Source: the human T2T-CHM13v2.0 reference genome, Homo sapiens. Taken from it: a DNA stretch of 64,000 nt. Position numbers and translations under genes: made by a program. Shown here one piece after another: positions 56,540 to 64,000 of this stretch (position 1 is its first letter; every line of letters begins with the position of its first letter). The stretch lies in the NCBI RefSeq assembly GCF_009914755.1, contig NC_060936.1; one strand, written 5' to 3'. The notes under the pieces are model-generated. The model made no database searches and was not told the origin of the DNA. It saw only the letters and a list, made by a program, of their open reading frames with translations.

Positions 56540-58290
56540 TTAGAGTTTAGAATTAACTATAAATCACTCACTGATTTAATGATATGCATGCAGAAAAGTG
56601 CAGAAATCATAAGCATTCAGCTCAGTGTACATTCATAGGTGAACACGCCCTTGTAACCTCTATCCAAATCCTGAAAGAAAACATGACCAGCACTCCAGAG
56701 GACTTTGCTCCCTTCTGCCTCATCCCCCAAAGTAACCACTTCTCTTTCTCTTTTTCCCTCTCTGTGTGTGTCCATTTCCCAATATCCAATATTGAAAAAA
56801 AAATTCTATTCCCCATCACACTTCATTGTCACCTCTGCTATTAATCTAATGAGTGAATCTTTTTCTAGACTCTATTCCATTGGTCAATATACTTATCCTT
56901 GCACTAATACGACACTGTCGTAGTTACTATAGTTCTATAATCGGTCTAGCTACCTAGTAATATAATTTCTTCACATTTGCTCTTTTTCTTCTTCAAGATT
57001 ATCACGGCTATTATTCTGGGTTCTTTGCATTTCCATACTAATTTAAAAACCATTTTATTGATGTTCATAACAAAATATGCTAATATTTTGATTCAAATTT
57101 TGTTAAATCTATGCAATACTATTGAAAGTATGAGCATCTCTCAAATATTGAATCTTAAAATTCATGAACATTGTATATCCCTTTATTTATTTTGTTCTTT
57201 TTTAATGTTAATAGTGTTTTTATAGTTTCAATATTAAGATATTACTTTCATTTTCTACTTATTTGTTACTAATATATAAAAGTCCAATTGATTTTTGCAA
57301 ACTATATCCAGCAGCTTTGCCAAACTTGCTCTTCTGTAGTTTCTCAATGGATACTTTTGAATTTTTATATACACAATTGTGTCATTTCTGAAAAATTCTA
57401 TTGCTTTCTTTTTTATACATTTTAATATTTTGCTTTTGCTTACTGAACTATCTTGAGATTTATTCAGTGCAGTGCGAAATATAAGTGATGCTAGTAGGCA
57501 TCCATGTTTCACTCCCAATTTCAAGGCTAAACTTTCATTATTTTCACTATTAAATATATAAGTGTTTGCTATATAATTTTTATAGTTTTGTTTTATCATA
57601 TATTGAAGTTCCCACCTACTCCTGGTTGCCTGAGAAATTTTGGACCTGCCATTGAATTATAGTAAATGTTTTTTCTGAACTTTTAAGATGATTACATGAT
57701 ATCCTTTTTGTTCTCTTAATGAAATAAAATTTATTGATTAATTAACAATATTAAATGACCCTGCATTCCCAGAATAAGTCAAATCATGTTATAAAGTATT
57801 ATCATTTTTATATTTCATTGCTTATAATTCATTTAAATTGTTTGCATCTATGTTTCTGAGAGATTGAATTATAAGCTTTCTTTCTTGTAATATCATTGTC
57901 ATGTATTGGGATCAAGCTTATGTTGACATCATAAAATAAAATAAAAAGTGTTCTCACTGCTTGAAATCTGGAAGTACTTGTGCAAAATTAGTGTTAATTC
58001 CTTCTTAAATACTGAATGGAATTTATCGGTGGAACCATCTAAGTGAGCATGGAATTAGTTTTTGAAAAGAGTTTGAATTATGCCTTCAACTTAATAGTTT
58101 AGTATAGTTATTTACATTTTGTATTTATTCCTTTTTTTAAAAAAATCAAGTTTTGTTAAGAATTTGTCCATTTACTCTACCTTTTCAAATTCCTTGGCAT
58201 AAAGTTGATATCTTATTATTTTCTTTGTAATGTTTATAGCACTTGATTTGATGACATTTTCCTTCCTGTTATTAGTAATTTGTTTTCGTT
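56540..58290 (-). mobile_element. Old L1ME/MD-type fragment
   Basis: 'agtgatgctagtaggcatccatg', 'ccctgcattcccagaataa' are reverse-strand ORF2 relics. Confidence 0.75.
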
Positions 58291-61200
58291 CTCTATTTCT
58301 CTCTCTCTCTCTGCCTGTCTTGCTCTCTCTTACTCATTGTCTCTCCCTCCCCTATCCTCTCTTTAAGAGTGTTGATGCAGATTTATGAATTTATGCAGAT
58401 GCTGTGAACCTTCCATAGAATGAGATCTTGCTATCTTTTATAATATTGTACTCCAGGCTCTCTAAGACCATGTCTTTTTCAGGAGTGATACAGACACCTA
58501 TTCTCCTCGGTGAATAGGTGGGCCTAATAACTCCACTTACTTCACTGTGATCCCTGAAGTTGAAAGGCCCTTTGGTGGGAGATATCTATGTTGCTTCTTA
58601 TAGGCAAATATGGTCTCTCTTTTTAGCCACCCTTCAAAGAATGAAAGAGAATACTGTCCCAAATGTAGGATGGAAATACTTCATTTTTAAGAAGTGAATT
58701 TCACCTTTTATATGTTGAAAAAAATTGGTGTCTTAGGAAATGAAAGTAGTTGCCAAACAAAGAGTCATTTTTTTTCTAATGTGGCAGAGGTTGAAATGTA
58801 CTTGTATCCTGATATTTTTAAATGAAAAAAAAAAAAGCAAATCCAGGTGAGTCAATGTATTGTGATTGGTTTTCATTTCATTTCTTCTTCAGTTTCCAAT
58901 ATTCATGTATCCTTGCTAATCACATAACTGGAAAGTTTTTACAATTCTTTTTTCTTTTCCATCTTTTTTCTTTAAGGCTTAAGCTCCCAGAACTCCTCTT
59001 ATTAGATGAGTAAGTGATAAACATTTTGATGACTAGTGCAGCTAAGCAGAGATTCCTTTTTTCCATAGAACAGCAGGCTTCCAGAACAGAGCAAAGTTGC
59101 CTGATAAGTTCTGGTTATTTCAGAAGAGATAAGGGGAACTATCCTTACAGCTTCATGTTGGCTCCCTCTTATGCCAAATTCTACTTCTGACTTTCTTTTA
59201 AAGAAGCAGCTCCCTCAGCTACATTGCTTAATTCTTGGAAGAATTATTAATAGCTTCTTTGAATTATAAGATACCTTAAATATACGAAGAGCAGGTAAAG
59301 TGACCTGTTACATATGCAATCATGCATTCTACATAGAAGTGGATGGGAAATGCAGTCTACAAATGTGAAAGTAAATCTGCATCTTCTTGATTCCTATGAA
59401 TACGTAAGTGAAAAGCAATTCTCATGCAAATTAGGGTCTGTATTATTGCTTCAGGGATTTTTTTATGTAAACAGTACACAAATTGGTTGTATTGTGTTGC
59501 ATTATGGAAAAGCAGCTGTTTTGCATGGAACGAAGTGCCAGATTTCTATCTTTCTGGCCTTCCATGACCTTGAAAATTGACCTTTGAGTTGCGGAGCAGG
59601 GGAGAGGTCATAGTCACCAAGATGATGGCAGTTGTTTTGCTCATGTCTGGATCTACAAGTGCTCTCTGGGCCTCTCTGTGTCTTCTTTCTTTTCTCTTGA
59701 CATTTTTCCTTACTGGCATTTAAAAGTAGGTATATAAGAAACACCCATGAAAGCCCCCCTGTATGAAAGAAAACATGAAGGATTTGGGATGCAGTGAGAA
59801 GGCCAATGTGTAAGAGCCAGCTTCTGTCCTATTTACTTCATGTGTATTTCTCGAGAGAAAGATGTTCCCTTTCAAGAGCCTGAGACCACCCAGGACAGTG
59901 AAACAGCCTTGAGACAGATGGTCTCCTCAGGTGGGCCTCTTTGGGCACAAATTGCCTTCTCTAGAAACTGGCTGGGAAATTTGGTCACATTGCACAACAG
60001 GTCCTGGAGATTGAAACTTTAATACACACAAATTTCAGAAGGCAGGGAGGGTAGACTTCTAGCAATCTCTCTTGTATCTTCCTTTCAGGTTCTTTCTGTG
60101 CTATCTGAACCCCCTCTTTTAAGTTAGCCCTTGATTCCCCCCAGCAAGTCCCTGAAATAGTTCCCTGACCTACTTGAAAGTCAGCTTGCAGATGTGAGAA
60201 TCCCAGCTCTTTCCAAGTCTCTGTGGTTGCCACATTCATTACTCATGAAAGAGACAGGGAGCCCCAACTCTCCATGGAGCCTCTGGTCTTTACTTTACTT
60301 TATTTATTTGTTTATTGATTTTGCCACAGCTCATGCTGGAGCCCGGGGAGGCTCAGTCTTTTTGACCAAGTCTAAAACCCTCACGCTTTGCTAGAAAGAG
60401 CCACTGGGTCTAGCATCTCTATCAGGCTAGAGCTGGGATATTTATTTTAAATTATTTTTTTTTTGATGAGCTCAGCCAGAAAGGTGTGTTTATATGTTTT
60501 CATGGATATTCATACATGTATGATTTTTAAAACCTGACTATGAGTAGAGGCAAAGGAAAAAAGTTGTCCTGCATGTGCAATATTTCAACATAACAATACC
60601 AAATGTCAATAAAAAGGGAAGGTACTTCCTGTAAGTTTGTGAAGGGTTCTGAAAATAGCTTCAAGCCTAAGCCAGAGTTAACACAGTTACACAGCCAGAA
60701 TTTCCATGAAAGCATCAGTACCTAGGGTGTTTGTGCTAGTAAAATTGTGCAAATATCTGCAGCTTGGATGCTTTGCTCACCACAGCTTGACTGTCTTGCA
60801 CATAGTGACTCAAGATTCCTTGGTTCTTATGCCCACTTTTTAACCCCCAGTTTAAAAGGTGGCAGTCATGTACCTTCTAATGTCCAAAGATTTTTAAACC
60901 TGTGCTGTATTTTGTAAAACAGCATGAAACCCTACTATGTCATTAAACCAACACACTGAAGGGCTTTTCATCATTCTGTGAGTGTGTGTGATGTGTGTGT
61001 GCACACATGCAGATGCAGACTTGGGAGACTTTCCTCTCATCCACCTCACTGTTCTCTACATTGTAAAAAAATAAAAACTATTTATTAATATGGTTAAAAA
61101 CACTTAGATTGGAATGATGATTTTTTAAATATCTTTACTTAAATTATCTCATTGAATTTTTGCAAAAATCAAGAGCAATAGAGAAGCCAGAATGTACAGT

Positions 61201-61379
61201 ATTTTCAACTCAGAGATGAGGAAATGTAGAGACTCAGAAATGTAAAATTGAGTAATTCCTGGATTTTCAATTTCATGGACTACTAAAAATTTTAAGACTA
61301 ATGAAGGGGGCCGTTTTAGAATAATGAAATTAATATTTTTCCAAATAAGGGCATTAAGTAAAACAGTGCTTATCACTAA

Positions 61380-61800
61380 CGATGATGATGATCAATGCCA
61401 TACACTGTACTATGCACTTTACTCTCGGCTTTGAAGTCAGAGTTCCTTGGTGAGAATGTTAGTTCTGCCACTTAGCATCCATGTGCCCTGGACAAGTCAA
61501 TTAGGATCTTGGTACTTCAGTTTCCTCTCCTATAAGATAAAAATAGGAGTGCCTGTCTCATAAGTTCACTTTGAACATTAAGGACATTAATATATCTCAA
61601 GTGCTCAGAGCAATGTCTGGCTCAGAATAAGCACTAGGGCCATTTGTGAAATAAACAAATAATCTCATTTAATCCTCACAACAACCCTAAAAGGTGGGTA
61701 GCAAGGTTAACTGGGTTGCCAAAAGCTACATAGCTAACGGTTGGCAAATATGATGCTCTAACCAAAAAGTATGAGTCTGGAGGCTATGCACTTAGGGGAC
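61380..61800. mobile_element. MIR (+, about 61425-61640) nested in an oppositely oriented MIR
   Basis: 'ttctgccacttagc...ctggacaagtc...cttcagtttcctc' flanked by 'tctcatttaatcctcacaacaaccct...ttgccaaaagctacatagct'. Confidence 0.65.
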
Positions 61801-63734
61801 ACGCAATACTTACCTTTCAATTTTAGTTTTTTGAAAAGCATTTTTGACTCCAAAAGTTAGATAGAATACTGTTAGAATAAAAAATAGCCCTCCTCCCAAA
61901 AAGACTTCAAAATTATACAAAGGCATATATATATATAATTTTTATTTACTTGATAATATGTATATTTATAAATATATGTTTATATACACACTTACATATA
62001 CATCGTTTTGTACTGCTTTTGAAATTGTTATTTTGTAACAGCAGAACCCCGGCAGTGGGTAGGCCTGTCTCACGGAACATGTCGGAACTACTGATTTGGC
62101 ACACTGTTCTCGGAGATTCTTGGACAAATTCTCTTGTACAGGGTCTGAAATTCAGCCCATTCCCACCCAGAAAGCAAGGTACAGTAGCATCTATGTGGTT
62201 TTTCCAGAAGGAACAATTCTACATATTGTAACAAATAAAAACTGTAATACTTCTTCTACTCTTTTGATGTTGCTAATGGAGACAGGAGCATAACCGACTC
62301 ATGGAATCTGCCTCAAATACGTAATAGAACCATGAGTGGATGTTCTCACTCACGGCCCTCCATTTCTTTCAAAGGAGATATAATCAAAGAATTCAGAACC
62401 TGATCAAACTCCTACCCCACTTTGAAGACATCATCCAGTTATCCTAGTTATCCAACCACCAGAAGAAAAGAATAGTGAAAAGACTAGAGCTTCACAGACT
62501 TGTATGGAAAAAATATTAACAGCAGAGGGGTGAAATCTGTATGGTTAACATCCAAGTGGGTACAGAATAAAGTGTCAAGGGCTGGTCTCCTGGTGCATGG
62601 TCTCTTGGTACCCTGAAACTTCTGTCTCACTGCTATTAAAGTGACTCCTGCTTTGAGTAAGGCCCCGAACTATTCCCTAAGCTTTCACTGCTAATGAAGT
62701 CAAAAAAACTTCCCAACCCTGGAATCTTTGTCCAGCAGGATTTTCATCTTATGTTACTGGGTCTTGGTGGTGGTAACTGAGGACTTTGACATGTAGGCTG
62801 GTGTTCTGGTAAAGTTTTCTTGAAGGCCTTTATTCTCCTTTATCTGGCACAGTTGATGTAGCAATTACCATGTTCTCTACGGATGCCAGAAAGGCCTAGG
62901 CTCTTGAAGATCTGCATCCAGTCACACCAGAATCCTTTGAAGGCTCAAGGAAAATACCTTATTTTGCTTAATATATCTGGTGGTAATCAAAAGAAAAATG
63001 GCAATCTGACATTGAAAGCATTAGCTGATCTCCATACTTTTTGACCATAAAGATGGTGAGAAATACAAAAAATATATTATTCATATAATTCTCATGATTT
63101 GAAGCCTTTTCTTCATGAACTAACCCGTCTCTCACTACTCTTTTAAGTGACCTAATTGAGTTTGATGACTAAAATTATCATCTCTACACAGATGATTCTA
63201 AGATCTATTTTTTTTACTTTGCTTTCTCATCTGGATTCTTTCCTTATGTAATTACTGCTTGCAACATAGATCCATTTAGACAGCCTATCATCATTTCAAA
63301 TCAGCAATTCCTAAAGGGACTCATGATCCCAGCTTCAGCCTATCTCCTTTTTTTCCTCCTCGTGGTAACACAATCCTTCCAAGACACAGGAGTAAAGTAT
63401 TGGGGCTGTTTTTTAAATGTTTTCTATCATTACTACCTTCTAAGCATATCCTTAATTTATTTTTTCCTCTATTCTGATTGTACCATTGAACAGGCATTAG
63501 GCCAGTGTTACCATAGCAAGCACTGTTCTCTGTGGTGAGTCATTCTTTTTCCCCTTTGTTCCACTTTATCATATTGTAATTCTGAACTTCCCGAAACACT
63601 AATTTTATTTTGTCATTTCCAAGCTGAAGAGAATGTAGAGCTCCCTACAATCATGTGAACTCCTTTTAAATTTGTATGGTTTTCTTTCACCTGCCTACTC
63701 CTCTATGCAAGACATATCCAGTCAAATAGTTTGT

Positions 63735-64000
63735 TTTGATTTGTTCATAATTCTTCCTCCCTTCCCAATCCTTACCATGACTTCCCTCTGGATAGAGTGT
63801 ATTTCCCTACCGCACTGAAATTGGACCTGGATATATTACTTGGTTTTGCCAAATGTAGTGAATGAAGGTGTCAAGGTGTTAGTTCAGAGTGAAGGTCTTA
63901 AAAGACATGGCAAGATTCTGCCAGCCCTCTTGAGTTTCTGACATCTTCCATTAGTAAGTATGCCCCAGGTAGGCATAGATCCTGTGGACTGGGCCCTAGA
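63735..64000 (+). mobile_element. Old MLT1 (H/I/J-like) LTR running off the window end
   Basis: 'agagtgtatttccc...ttggttttgccaaatg...atgccccaggtaggc'. Confidence 0.6.

Noticed and set aside
62297-62337. Small hairpin ACTCATGG...CCATGAGT
   Set aside because: Only an 8-bp perfect stem; too weak for a pre-miRNA and expected by chance.

Overview
Repeat-rich, AT-rich, CpG-depleted primate (human-like) nuclear DNA, intergenic or deep intronic. No protein-coding exon, RNA gene or processed pseudogene can be supported; the ORF track is explained by decayed MaLR, L1 and Alu sequence or by chance. The left half (about 1.6-29.3 kb) is mostly transposon: two complete MaLR proviruses (THE1A/B-like, MSTA-like), a full-length HSMAR2 mariner, MER44, and a stacked L1 block with nested Alus and a THE1D LTR. 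The right half has scattered Alu, THE1 solo LTRs, L1 ends and ancient MIR/L2/L3/MER5/MLT relics between unique stretches. The most unusual structure is a 476-bp inverted duplication (7064-7539 vs 8507-8983, about 98% identical). The left copy sits inside the last 13 bp of an LTR, has templated junction filler, and the two arms show a steep identity gradient suggesting gene conversion or an inversion-prone locus. A second template-switch scar (33-bp fold-back hairpin) lies in L1 ORF2 at 21775-21849. I found no evidence of a new gene system. Repeat subfamily names are from recalled consensus sequences, and boundaries without a TSD are approximate.
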